The notes: generated by a model from the sequence alone, not told the origin. A stretch of DNA of 46,953 nucleotides from a virus (IMGVR_UViG_3300032083_003244:1-46953); one strand, 5' to 3'; counted from the first letter of the stretch, positions 28,544 to 36,895 are shown. Numbers and translations: made by a program.

Positions 28544-28819
28544 TCATACCTTTTTAAGTTCGGTTAGTTTGGCGTTAAAAACGCTTACAAGTTGATCCCT
28601 CATAGCATCCGTGTCTCTGTACTCCCGCGTAATGTGAAAAGGCGTCAAGTCGTTGGCTATCTCTTTGGCTTCCTCCCAAGCCGCCTCACGTCCCCTTCGC
28701 TCTGCCTCGGCGACGATCTTTGGGATGTTTGGTCTGCTGCGGCGTTCTGATCCAATGCCTCCTGCGAAAGTCTCCAAATACTCTTTACCTTCGTACCATT
28801 CCTTCTCATTTGGATTCAT
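28544..28819 (-). CDS. Hypothetical protein
   Basis: 91 aa, TATG start. Confidence 0.6.
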   Translation of the reverse strand: MNPNEKEWYEGKEYLETFAGGIGSERRSRPNIPKIVAEAERRGREAAWEEAKEIANDLTPFHITREYRDTDAMRDQLVSVFNAKLTELKKV

Positions 28820-28820
28820 A

Positions 28821-29120
28821 TTAAGAGAGTACGCAAATACTTATACCGCACCAGCATGGATTCATCCCCGCAGCGTGGGTGTGTTTCTCTTCTCCTTTAT
28901 TCACCCTTTTATGAAATTCTTCGTACATTCTTTTGTAGTGCGAGTCGTAATTAGCTTGAAGCGTTAATTCATGCACTTCCCCCTGCAATCTCTCCAGTTC
29001 ATCGAGGAGAGCTTTAGTATTGCGACTCATAGCGTCTATAAACATTATCGCTCTATGCGGATCATCCGCCATCTCTCTAAGCTGTTTTAGGAGTTCTTTG
29101 GTGATGGGCATATTGGTCAA
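28821..29120 (-). CDS. Hypothetical protein (Ead/Ea22-like coiled coil)
   Basis: ALLDELERLQ motif. Confidence 0.55.
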   Translation of the reverse strand: MTNMPITKELLKQLREMADDPHRAIMFIDAMSRNTKALLDELERLQGEVHELTLQANYDSHYKRMYEEFHKRVNKGEEKHTHAAGMNPCWCGISICVLS

Positions 29121-29283
29121 TTTGAGGGTCGTAATCTTGGCACGAGCAGTGCTAATCGTGCATACAGCCTTCTTAGGAATGAGTCTGTTTGGATGGCGTC
29201 CCTATGAGTGCTTTTTGATTGAGTGGCCGCACCTGCACTTTTGACGGATAGCTTCTATTTTTTGCTGGGTTGTCATAACCATA

Positions 29284-29679
29284 TTACTTGATATCAACAT
29301 CAGGGATGATGATGGACGGCTTGAAGATGACACGGTAGTGGTACTCGCTCACGTTTGCTCCCTCTAACTGTTCCACGAAATACGTAACGTTGTCAGAGAG
29401 ACCAAGAAAATGCTTCTTGTACGCCTTTGGACCCGTTTTACACGTGATAGTGAGCTGCCCCTGGGCATCAAAATTACCAAGCGCGCAAAGACCCTCAACG
29501 GTAAGCATGTATTCGCCTGTAATTCCGTTATAGAAGACAACACGACGCTGGATCTCGAATTGGTCAGCGGCACGAGACAGATTCTCAGAAGCTAGGTCTG
29601 CGTCAGAACAACCAGCGCCTAGAAAACTCAAACCAAGAACTGCCACGATCAGATATTTTGCCTTTGTAAGGTTAAGCAT
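29284..29679 (-). CDS. Phage lipoprotein
   Basis: Signal peptide with lipobox LGAGC; NLSRAADQFEIQRRVVFYNGIT motif. Confidence 0.75.
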   Translation of the reverse strand: MLNLTKAKYLIVAVLGLSFLGAGCSDADLASENLSRAADQFEIQRRVVFYNGITGEYMLTVEGLCALGNFDAQGQLTITCKTGPKAYKKHFLGLSDNVTYFVEQLEGANVSEYHYRVIFKPSIIIPDVDIK

Positions 29680-29832
29680 ATTGTTTTATGGCATAGAGTA
29701 TTAAGGACACAATATGTGCGATCAGATAAAAGATAGTCATCCAAATGAAGAATCTTTTACCATCTGGTGTGGGAAGAACACAAGAAATTATGAGGCTCAA
29801 GAAGGTCATAATCGCGTAAAAATGCACGTAGT

Positions 29833-30156
29833 TCATACCTTTACATTAACCTTGGCTAAATTAACCTCTTCATCATCGAAGCATAGGTCACAGAATGGTA
29901 GGCGCTTACCTTCAAACGTGGGCGCTGTTATTGGCTTGCCACATGCTTCCTTCACATAAGGTTTTAGGAAGAGCCTTCGCACCCACAGCTCCGCGTAATC
30001 ACCCCCTCCACCAGACCATACAACGATCTCATGTCCGGCACGATGGAGTGTTTTGAGCATTTCTACGATCTCCCAGCGTGGTTGCTCCCTACCACCATAC
30101 TCAGGGTATTCATTGAGTGTTATGAGAGTACCGTCCACGTCAAAGGCTATTCGCAT
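29833..30156 (-). CDS. Minimal HAD-superfamily phosphatase
   Basis: IAFDVDGTL (motif I), VVWSGGG (II), K, FDD (IV). Confidence 0.8.
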   Translation of the reverse strand: MRIAFDVDGTLITLNEYPEYGGREQPRWEIVEMLKTLHRAGHEIVVWSGGGGDYAELWVRRLFLKPYVKEACGKPITAPTFEGKRLPFCDLCFDDEEVNLAKVNVKV

Positions 30157-30533
30157 GGCGCTGGTTGAATCAATGTATGAAGTTGGTTTATACAATCATA
30201 GCAGATCGTCGAGACGTAGGGAGCTGGTTCCTTTTTCATCTCATAAAGGACCTTCGTCTCTATATTTTTCTGCTGCACAGCGGTTACATACCCATAGTCC
30301 TCAATCTTCCACGGGTATTTGAGCCCTAGGGTTGAGTATGCCACGCCTTTTATCACCTTCATTGTCTCGATGGAACCATCTGGAACGATGTTAACAACTT
30401 TACATTCAAATTCGTTCCTCATCTCAACGGGAGACTCGACGCAATTCTTTTGGTTTTCAAGACAAAAATCACAACGTGTATCCTGTACCGTATCAAGCTC
30501 TAACTCTGCTCCTTTTAAGATAAGTTTCTTCAT
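30147..30533 (-). CDS. Hypothetical Zn-binding protein
   Basis: CDFC...CYDC; TTTATG start at 30533. Confidence 0.6.
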   Translation of the reverse strand: MKKLILKGAELELDTVQDTRCDFCLENQKNCVESPVEMRNEFECKVVNIVPDGSIETMKVIKGVAYSTLGLKYPWKIEDYGYVTAVQQKNIETKVLYEMKKEPAPYVSTICYDCINQLHTLIQPAPCE

Positions 30534-30652
30534 AAATTTAATGAATGAATTATGGCACCAAGTAGGCGACGGGAGAGACTGCTTACTCGGCCGAGCGTGT
30601 AGCCCCCACGTCACCTAGTTGGTGACCACCAGCCGAAGCTGATGAGACCGGC

Positions 30653-31309
30653 TTATTCTAAGCCCCTATGTTGGAACGGTACAGAAACGGGTAGATTCTC
30701 CATCGTTCTCCATTCCTGGTACAGCTCGGCTAAGAAGAGCTTAGTTGCCCTACGGATAGCCATGTTGTGTATATGCATCTTGGTGTAATTCGTTCGTTTT
30801 CCTTCCTTGACCTCAAGAGGGAATTTACGTTGGTAGAACTCCTTGGAGGTGTCGTAGATGGTGCGATACTTCCCCTTGGTCTTGATAAACGATTGTCCTG
30901 CTAACCAGCAGGTCTTTTTAAGAAAGGGATTCCAATCGCATTTCACACCCTTCTTGAGGCGTGCTGCCTTGCCTGTCTCAAGGTCTACGTGGAGACCGCA
31001 GAACTTCCATAGGGATGATGCATGTTCCGCACGTGCAATATCCACCGTGGAGATAAAGGCTCCTGCGAGAATAGGACCAATGCCCTTGACTCCCTTAAAG
31101 TATTTCTTCCAAATGTCGGTCTTGTTCACCTCTTTCTTGATGTATTTAACGATGTCTTTCTCCACAGCCTCCAGCTTCTCAAAGAAGTATTGGAGGGAGT
31201 CCGTCGGTTCTCCTGCTTTCTTGGCTGCGAAAATCTGGTTGCCCATGGAGATACGGCTTCCCTGGATCTCGTAGTAACGGTCAATTAAGAATCTTAGTTG
31301 TTGGTTCAT
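30653..31309 (-). CDS. tasA: TIGR-associated Nop-domain protein without nuclease (TasA-like; IS110 C-terminal-like fold)
   Basis: Coiled coil plus KGVKGIGPILAG, SSLWKFCGL, WNPFLK and HIHNMAIRRATKLFL; no DEDD RuvC, no HNH, no IS110 catalytic SG; directly downstream of the 36-nt dual-repeat array. Confidence 0.85.
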   Translation of the reverse strand: MNQQLRFLIDRYYEIQGSRISMGNQIFAAKKAGEPTDSLQYFFEKLEAVEKDIVKYIKKEVNKTDIWKKYFKGVKGIGPILAGAFISTVDIARAEHASSLWKFCGLHVDLETGKAARLKKGVKCDWNPFLKKTCWLAGQSFIKTKGKYRTIYDTSKEFYQRKFPLEVKEGKRTNYTKMHIHNMAIRRATKLFLAELYQEWRTMENLPVSVPFQHRGLE

Positions 31310-32037
31310 AGTTCGCTATGGATAGATGGTTTCCTTTAACTTTATGGCTCGCTAACATTATGTGGTTTTCTTGTCAAAGATGGCTCGCTACCGTGTGGTG
31401 GTTTGCTTTAACATTTTGGCTCGCTGATGTGTTTTGGCTCTCTCAGAGAGTGTGGCTCGCTTGTACTATATGGTTGTCTCTTTTAGCATGGCTCGCTATG
31501 CGGTATTGGTTTTCTATGCTACGGAGGCTCGCAAGCCGTACTTGGTGTGCTTTGGTATAATGGCTCGCTCAAACAAAATGGTGTACTGCTCCTTTTTGGC
31601 TCGCTAAAGCGAATTGGGGTTCTTCAACGGGGTGGCTCGCTGCAACTATCATGTGTTTAATCCTTCGGTGTGGCTCGCTAATATCTGATGGTCTCCTCGA
31701 TCAGTATGGCTCGCTTTGTGTGGTTGGCTTACTAAAGTACAATGGCTCGCTATTATCTGGTGGTCTTCTTGAGCAGTATGGCTCGCTAAGGCGGGTTGGG
31801 TATCTTAGAGCGGATGGCTCGCGATAGGACGATGGGCTTCTTGTATGGTAAGGCTCGCTTTAACCATATGGATGTATTCGTTTTATTGACTCACTGCAAT
31901 GGGTTGGGTTGCTTCCTGGATGTGGTTCACTCTGTATCATTAGGTAGCTTTACTAACGTGGTTCGCTAATATAATTGGTTTTCTTCGCAGTATGGCTCGC
32001 TCGGGATAGATGGTTTACTTCCCCTCGCTGGCTTTGA
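31309..32037 (-). ncRNA. TIGR (tandem interspaced guide RNA) array, 20 units
   Basis: + strand unit TGGCTCGCT-N9-TGGNNNNCT-N9 with 36-nt period; edge repeats at 31309, 31345, 31381, 31417, 31453, 31489, 31525, 31561, 31597, 31633, 31671, 31707, 31743, 31779, 31815, 31851, 31887, 31923, 31959, 31993, 32029. Confidence 0.9.
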
Positions 32038-32040
32038 GCC

Positions 32041-32310
32041 TTAGCTCTTAAATTGAGCCTCTAGAAGCTCCTTAGCGCGTTCTTTTACCTCGTACACGGT
32101 CTGTGTGACCAAGTTGACCTTGTACACACGTTGGAAGTACTCAGGTTGTCCCTCTACGACAGCGGTAGAGACGTACTCGTTGGATGCTGCTTCATCTTTG
32201 GCGTATAGCTCATCCTGAGCATCGTAACCTCTGCCATTCGAGGCAGGTTTAAGGATTGCCCCTACCTCCCACAAGAAATTTTCCTTGATAACCTTGTAGA
32301 ATTTTTCCAT
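32041..32310 (-). CDS. Hypothetical protein directly upstream of the TIGR array
   Basis: 89 aa, CCTATG start; stop lies 3 nt before the first edge repeat. Confidence 0.75.
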   Translation of the reverse strand: MEKFYKVIKENFLWEVGAILKPASNGRGYDAQDELYAKDEAASNEYVSTAVVEGQPEYFQRVYKVNLVTQTVYEVKERAKELLEAQFKS

Positions 32311-32313
32311 AGG

Positions 32314-32766
32314 TTATTTGCAGTTCTTACGCTTCTCTTCGATGGCTTCGTTCGCCATCTTGACCAACTCCGCCTTGTTCTTCTCCAACATGATGGAGTT
32401 CATGGCTTCATGTCCGATAGCAGTGATGGTGAGGTCTGTGTTGAGATAGCCTGCTTCAATAAGGGCGCGTGTGTCTGCGTCGAGGAGTTTCTTGGCTGTT
32501 TGCGAGATCATAGTAAAAATATCTTTAACGTTTTGAATAAAGGATGATTCTTCCTCAACTACTTCGAGATACCTGAGACTTATGTAATGTGTACAGCCCC
32601 TACGATCACCACTTAAAGCTCTAAAGGATGGGCAGCTTGATCCATCATCTACTTCCAACTCAAGAATAGTGCCTTTGGGGATGTTTATGTTGTCATTGAC
32701 AACCCTAAAACGTTCTCTCCCTGTCAAACCTAAATCTCTAATACTTTTTCCATCCTGTAATGCCAT
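32314..32766 (-). CDS. Hypothetical protein, paralog of 32768-33436
   Basis: Shares GK..LG..R..F.V / KG...L..DD.S..P.F N-terminal motifs. Confidence 0.7.
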   Translation of the reverse strand: MALQDGKSIRDLGLTGRERFRVVNDNINIPKGTILELEVDDGSSCPSFRALSGDRRGCTHYISLRYLEVVEEESSFIQNVKDIFTMISQTAKKLLDADTRALIEAGYLNTDLTITAIGHEAMNSIMLEKNKAELVKMANEAIEEKRKNCK

Positions 32767-32767
32767 A

Positions 32768-33436
32768 TTATTTCTTGCTCTTAGCGTCCTCCTCCGCCTT
32801 CATTGCCTTGGCTACCTCGATCACCTTAGAGCGGTAGTCCTTGTACATAAGATCCTGTGCAAGGGCCATACCTTCTGGGGTTGGGGTGCCAATAGGATCT
32901 TCAAGACCTAATTCTTTGAGTAATCTGTCTTCTGGGCTAGCTGTCATTGAGCGGAAGAAATCTCGTACTTTGGACATAGTTGTTGGTTGAGTTGAATTAA
33001 GTTTTGGGAGTTTTTGTGGCTCTTCATATGTAATCTTGAGACCATTGCTAAATGCTGTACCCGTCATCACGCATCCTGCTAGGTCACCTACATAGCCACA
33101 TCGCGGTATCGTATTTTCTTCATATAGTGGGGTGTATTCCTCCCTCACGTACAAACTGCCATAACTAGGTTCTGCGTAGGCAAGGTTGTGCCAGTGTATA
33201 GGTGCATGATCTATGGAGCCTGGGGGCAAATTTGCTTTGCCTGGTTCATTTTCAAGATAAAACCAAGGCCAATAACTACTATCGTCTCTAAGGAGCTTGA
33301 CTACACTTCCTTTGTTGAATTTTTTGTTAGCTTGATTTTTTAAGACGACAAAGCTGGCTCTGGTATCTATGCCTAACTCTTTCGCGTTTTTGCCTTTCTC
33401 AAATCCCACTAGACCATCTGTGTTAATTATTGCCAT
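32768..33436 (-). CDS. Hypothetical protein, paralog of 32314-32766
   Basis: Same N- and C-terminal motifs, with a longer linker. Confidence 0.7.
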   Translation of the reverse strand: MAIINTDGLVGFEKGKNAKELGIDTRASFVVLKNQANKKFNKGSVVKLLRDDSSYWPWFYLENEPGKANLPPGSIDHAPIHWHNLAYAEPSYGSLYVREEYTPLYEENTIPRCGYVGDLAGCVMTGTAFSNGLKITYEEPQKLPKLNSTQPTTMSKVRDFFRSMTASPEDRLLKELGLEDPIGTPTPEGMALAQDLMYKDYRSKVIEVAKAMKAEEDAKSKK

Positions 33437-33659
33437 AGGGTTTTTTCTCCTTCACAACGAGGTTAAGCACGTCTACCTCCGTTCCATCCTTACGTGTGAC
33501 CTTCTTTGGATAAGCGTTAATCCAGAAATCTTTACCCTCTACGTTGATGGAACCTGTGTATTGGAAGTACACCTCACCTGTTTGGGATGTGCGCTCCTGC
33601 GCCTCCATCCAGAGGGTTCCCTTGTTTGTGTTGTCGTACGTTTTTTGTTCGTAGCTCAT
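33423..33659 (-). CDS. Small putative ssDNA-binding (OB-like) protein
   Basis: YDNTNKGTLW...YTGSINVEGKDFWINA; near recombination genes. Confidence 0.5.
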   Translation of the reverse strand: MSYEQKTYDNTNKGTLWMEAQERTSQTGEVYFQYTGSINVEGKDFWINAYPKKVTRKDGTEVDVLNLVVKEKKPYGNN

Positions 33660-34006
33660 ACATCTTCTTTCCAACGTGATGAATTAAGCTCATGTGCTTC
33701 CCTGCGAAGGGTTCTCATAGAGAGAAAGAGCGAGGAAGGTTCCACCGCTAGTTCCTTGTCGTAGTAAAGCTGAACTGCTTTTTGAATATCCTCACTGTCC
33801 TCAAAATTGAATTGCCAACGTTGCATACCATCAAGCGTTACACCCTTAAACACTGCTCCCAATGTTTTGAGGGTGGCAGCAATATAAATGTCGCTTGTTG
33901 ACCATATCTTTTTTTCCATAATTGTTGGTGTAGGTTCAGACCACGGTTCCGTTCGTTGGCTACATGCTTTACGCCATGCTTTTCTGAGTCTATCCGCTCT
34001 CGACAT
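33656..34006 (-). CDS. DUF5659-like protein
   Basis: STSDIYIAATL..LG...FNF motif; alternative start at 33919. Confidence 0.5.
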   Translation of the reverse strand: MSRADRLRKAWRKACSQRTEPWSEPTPTIMEKKIWSTSDIYIAATLKTLGAVFKGVTLDGMQRWQFNFEDSEDIQKAVQLYYDKELAVEPSSLFLSMRTLRREAHELNSSRWKEDV

Positions 34007-34007
34007 A

Positions 34008-34193
34008 TTATCTTCCTCCGAAGGGTTTTTCTTCCTCGTTACCTTCTAAGCGTTTACCAGACCATCTTCCATACCGTGCGCCACAATCATTACACATGAT
34101 CTCGCTTATTCCATCGTAGTGATTCTTAGAATCATACGAATACTCGACACCTACGACACTCTTTGAGCCACATGATTTGCAGGAGTCGAACAT
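34008..34193 (-). CDS. Small Zn-ribbon protein
   Basis: CKSC...YDGISE..CNDC..RYGRWSG; CCTATG start at 34193. Confidence 0.65.
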   Translation of the reverse strand: MFDSCKSCGSKSVVGVEYSYDSKNHYDGISEIMCNDCGARYGRWSGKRLEGNEEEKPFGGR

Positions 34194-34197
34194 AGGG

Positions 34198-34701
34198 TTA
34201 GTGGCCTCCGATGGAGAAGCGTTGCGGTGGACGGACAGGAACATCGAACAGCTTAAAGCCTACTGGCTTATCCTGGGAAGGGGTGTCTGATGGCTTTTCA
34301 TCCCCTAGGTAGGTTGGGAGGAAGAAGTTGCGTCCTGTTCGTCTTACTTTGCCAGCCTTAATGAGGAAGTAGATATTGCCTGAAACTCTAGCTCCTGGAC
34401 GAACTTTGCCAGCATATTCCGTGTTCATAACCTCTTGGATTTGGTGTGACGTAGCGCCTTGAGGAAACCGTGTCTTTAGGATCTCCAGGGTAGCGTCGTT
34501 CACGGTCATGCTAGGACCACCCTCCTGTCCAACTCGCGCCATCCCTACATTGCCGTGTTTCTTACCCAATAAATCTTCCAGGCTTTCTGTAAGAGATGCC
34601 TCATGCTTTTGAAGGTCTGTGATCTTTACACGGATGTTCGTGATCTCGGCGGTGATCTTTGAGATTTTATTCACGGTATCCCAGAGAAGTTCTTTCTGCA
34701 T
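34198..34701 (-). CDS. Coiled-coil plus winged-helix-like DNA-binding protein
   Basis: N-terminal coiled coil; LIKAGKVRRTGRNFF wing-like end. Confidence 0.5.
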   Translation of the reverse strand: MQKELLWDTVNKISKITAEITNIRVKITDLQKHEASLTESLEDLLGKKHGNVGMARVGQEGGPSMTVNDATLEILKTRFPQGATSHQIQEVMNTEYAGKVRPGARVSGNIYFLIKAGKVRRTGRNFFLPTYLGDEKPSDTPSQDKPVGFKLFDVPVRPPQRFSIGGH

Positions 34702-34705
34702 ATGG

Positions 34706-35080
34706 TTAGGTAGGTTGAGTTAAGTATTTATTAGTTACGTATTCCGTGATCTTGTCCATGTGTTCATCGTAGAACTCATCAAACGGTTTTGGCCTGTCTT
34801 CTGGGATGGCTCCTGTTTGTTCCCAGGCGCGAAACAGTGCATAGCGCAAGAGTTGAGATTTTGTGTGGCTCTTCTTAGCTAAATCAATCGGTGGCAGTTT
34901 GCTCATGTCAACCTCTTTTATTGGCGTGTTTTGAAAAAAGAAGTAACCAAGTTTGTGCAGTTCCGATGTAATAGCAGTGATGTCCTCTGGCGCAAGCTCC
35001 TGGGTATCCACCTGGAACCTCCAGGTATTATCCCTCATGCTCTTCATGCCAGTTATCGTGGCTTGTACGCAGATGTTCAT
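34706..35080 (-). CDS. Phage hypothetical protein
   Basis: DTQEL...SQLLRYALFRAWEQ...FDEFY motif. Confidence 0.7.
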   Translation of the reverse strand: MNICVQATITGMKSMRDNTWRFQVDTQELAPEDITAITSELHKLGYFFFQNTPIKEVDMSKLPPIDLAKKSHTKSQLLRYALFRAWEQTGAIPEDRPKPFDEFYDEHMDKITEYVTNKYLTQPT

Positions 35081-35742
35081 AGAATTTGTGGGTCTGTACC
35101 TAGTGTTTCTCGACTGCTCTTGCGCTTGCTTCTTAGCCCACCCATTTCATCCCAAGCGGTAACAATTCGCTCCTTCATTCGAGCTAATTGTTCGTCTGTT
35201 GATGACACGTTGAAAGCCGTGTTTTTCTTTGGGTTCTTCCATGAGACGGTGATAAACGTACAAGTGGCTGTCGTATCGTATAGCTCTATATGCTGGAGAT
35301 TGTAGAAGGGGATTTGACCATGCTCCTCTATCCTACGAAGAGGCCAGATGTACTCACCTGTCTTTAACTCTTTGATCGTAGGGGCGCGTATCTCCCTACC
35401 ATCAGCGTCTAGAAGACCGTGTTGGTAGGCATCCCAGTAAGAAATGGTCGGAACCCCTGCGATCTCCACCTCTACACAGCGCTCTTGTTCATCCGTTTCA
35501 CGGATTATCCATTGCAGCGCGTAGTCATGGCACTCCTGGTTAGCAATGATCTCGCTCCGTGTGTAGTGCTTTTGGTCAAAGGCTTTTAAGCTCTTGCCCT
35601 CTACCGCTTCATGGATGTCCTTGCCACGCACCATCCGCATGTTTGGTACGGTCTTCTCCCCTAGGATGTATCTCCGGTGCCACAACGGTCTGTCATTGTT
35701 GAATAGGTATAGTTCTGACCATGAGAGTGGCTTCATATGCAT
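35077..35742 (-). CDS. PD-(D/E)XK (Cas4/RecB-like) exonuclease
   Basis: LSWS, GKDIHEAVE, E..., YWD, ELKTG, QIPFY motifs. Confidence 0.75.
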   Translation of the reverse strand: MHMKPLSWSELYLFNNDRPLWHRRYILGEKTVPNMRMVRGKDIHEAVEGKSLKAFDQKHYTRSEIIANQECHDYALQWIIRETDEQERCVEVEIAGVPTISYWDAYQHGLLDADGREIRAPTIKELKTGEYIWPLRRIEEHGQIPFYNLQHIELYDTTATCTFITVSWKNPKKNTAFNVSSTDEQLARMKERIVTAWDEMGGLRSKRKSSRETLGTDPQIL

Positions 35743-35972
35743 TATTTTTCGCCAAATGCTGATTCATCATCCACCCAAAGGATACCTTCTTGTATCATCT
35801 GCCTAAGAGCGTGAACTGATGTTACGTAAGCTCCAGCACCGTTTACGTTAGTGTTTGTAAGCCTACCCATCTCAGTTCGTGTAATCATTCCTTTTATGAA
35901 GGCCCAGATAACCTCTAACTCTTCATTAGAGAACTTTCTATGGAGTGCAGCTTGCTCTATGAGTCTAGCCAT
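35742..35972 (-). CDS. Hypothetical protein
   Basis: 76 aa, overlaps the next start by 1 nt. Confidence 0.6.
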   Translation of the reverse strand: MARLIEQAALHRKFSNEELEVIWAFIKGMITRTEMGRLTNTNVNGAGAYVTSVHALRQMIQEGILWVDDESAFGEK

Positions 35973-35977
35973 ATATG

Positions 35978-36628
35978 TTAGAAGGGAAGGTCTTTAGGAT
36001 TGTTGATAATGTTTGTTGGTGGTGTTTTTTGTATGCCCCCTACTGGCTTTGCTTTTGATGCAGATTTTGTCACGGACGGGGTTGGGGCGCTGAATACTGG
36101 AGGTACAAATGGTTTTGGTGCAGATGGAAGAGGGGTCGCTGTGCCATACGTAGCCTTCTCAGGAACGTACTTAGGCTCGTCTCCTCCCTCTGGATCATCA
36201 CCCGTGGGAATAAGGAAGTTACCTGTAAGGATGTACTTGATAGCCCCTGTGATGGCCTTATAAACGCCTTTGTCCCCTGAATCCTGACCAAAGCCTACTC
36301 CATCCACCTCGATGAACTCACCTGTTTCTACACACCAGAAACGAAACGTAGTCACCACCTTATCCAATTCCTTTTTCTTCTCTGTGGTTGGAGTGGTCTG
36401 ATACACCACTTCCGTAGGTTTCTCTGTTTCAATCAGGCTAGTAGAGACAGAGGGCAGAACCTTATGCTTCACAAACGCCTCATGTACCTTGTCTTTAATT
36501 GCTGCCTCTGAGGCGTAGTTGTACTTATGGAAGGTGTTTACCTTGTCTTTCTGAATATAATCCAGGTCTATCATTACGAGGTGCAGCTTCCCTAGGATCT
36601 TTAGAACTGTTTGGGATGTGTTAATCAT
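35978..36628 (-). CDS. erf: ERF-family ssDNA-annealing recombinase
   Basis: KDKVNTFHKYNYAS and GQDSGDKGVYKAITGAIKYIL..FLIPTGDDPE. Confidence 0.88.
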   Translation of the reverse strand: MINTSQTVLKILGKLHLVMIDLDYIQKDKVNTFHKYNYASEAAIKDKVHEAFVKHKVLPSVSTSLIETEKPTEVVYQTTPTTEKKKELDKVVTTFRFWCVETGEFIEVDGVGFGQDSGDKGVYKAITGAIKYILTGNFLIPTGDDPEGGDEPKYVPEKATYGTATPLPSAPKPFVPPVFSAPTPSVTKSASKAKPVGGIQKTPPTNIINNPKDLPF

Positions 36629-36891
36629 AGGCTTATCTCTTTGTTAATGGCATTGCGTAGGTGTATTAGGTCTGCCTGTGTTAATTGGAGGTCTGCCATC
36701 CACATCTTTCGATGATGCCACCACCATTTTAGACAACCCCAGAGAGACGCAGGATGTGAGACAACATGGAACCAATAATCGCCTTCCCAATGTTCCAAGC
36801 GAATCTCTTTGCCGCATCCTTCCTCTCCCATGCAGGAACACTTGAAGACTAGGCGTTCTTTTGTACCCGTCACCTCTTTGAAGGTTGTCAT
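36625..36891 (-). CDS. Hypothetical protein
   Basis: ATGA overlap with erf. Confidence 0.6.
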   Translation of the reverse strand: MTTFKEVTGTKERLVFKCSCMGEEGCGKEIRLEHWEGDYWFHVVSHPASLWGCLKWWWHHRKMWMADLQLTQADLIHLRNAINKEISL

Positions 36892-36895
36892 ATGG

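Noticed and set aside
30630-30700. Hammerhead ribozyme suggested by CTGATGAG...GAAAC on the + strand
   Set aside because: Stem II does not close directly onto GAAA, stems I and III are not evident, and it overlaps tasA antisense.
30653-31309. IS110/IS1111 transposase with bridge RNA
   Set aside because: Only the Tnp/Nop-like half is present. It has no DEDD RuvC domain and no catalytic SG serine after CGL, and the upstream RNA is a 20-unit periodic array rather than a single bridge RNA.
31318-31560. 80-aa Trp-rich ORF on the + strand
   Set aside because: Its 12-aa WLA periodicity is just the translation of the 36-nt array antisense.
31309-32037. CRISPR array
   Set aside because: Repeats are 9 nt and of two alternating kinds, with 9-nt spacers; there is no 23-47-nt repeat and no cas1/cas2 or effector gene.
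35077-35742. Cas4 as a spacer-acquisition factor
   Set aside because: No four-Cys Fe-S motif; its position beside erf fits an ordinary phage recombination exonuclease.
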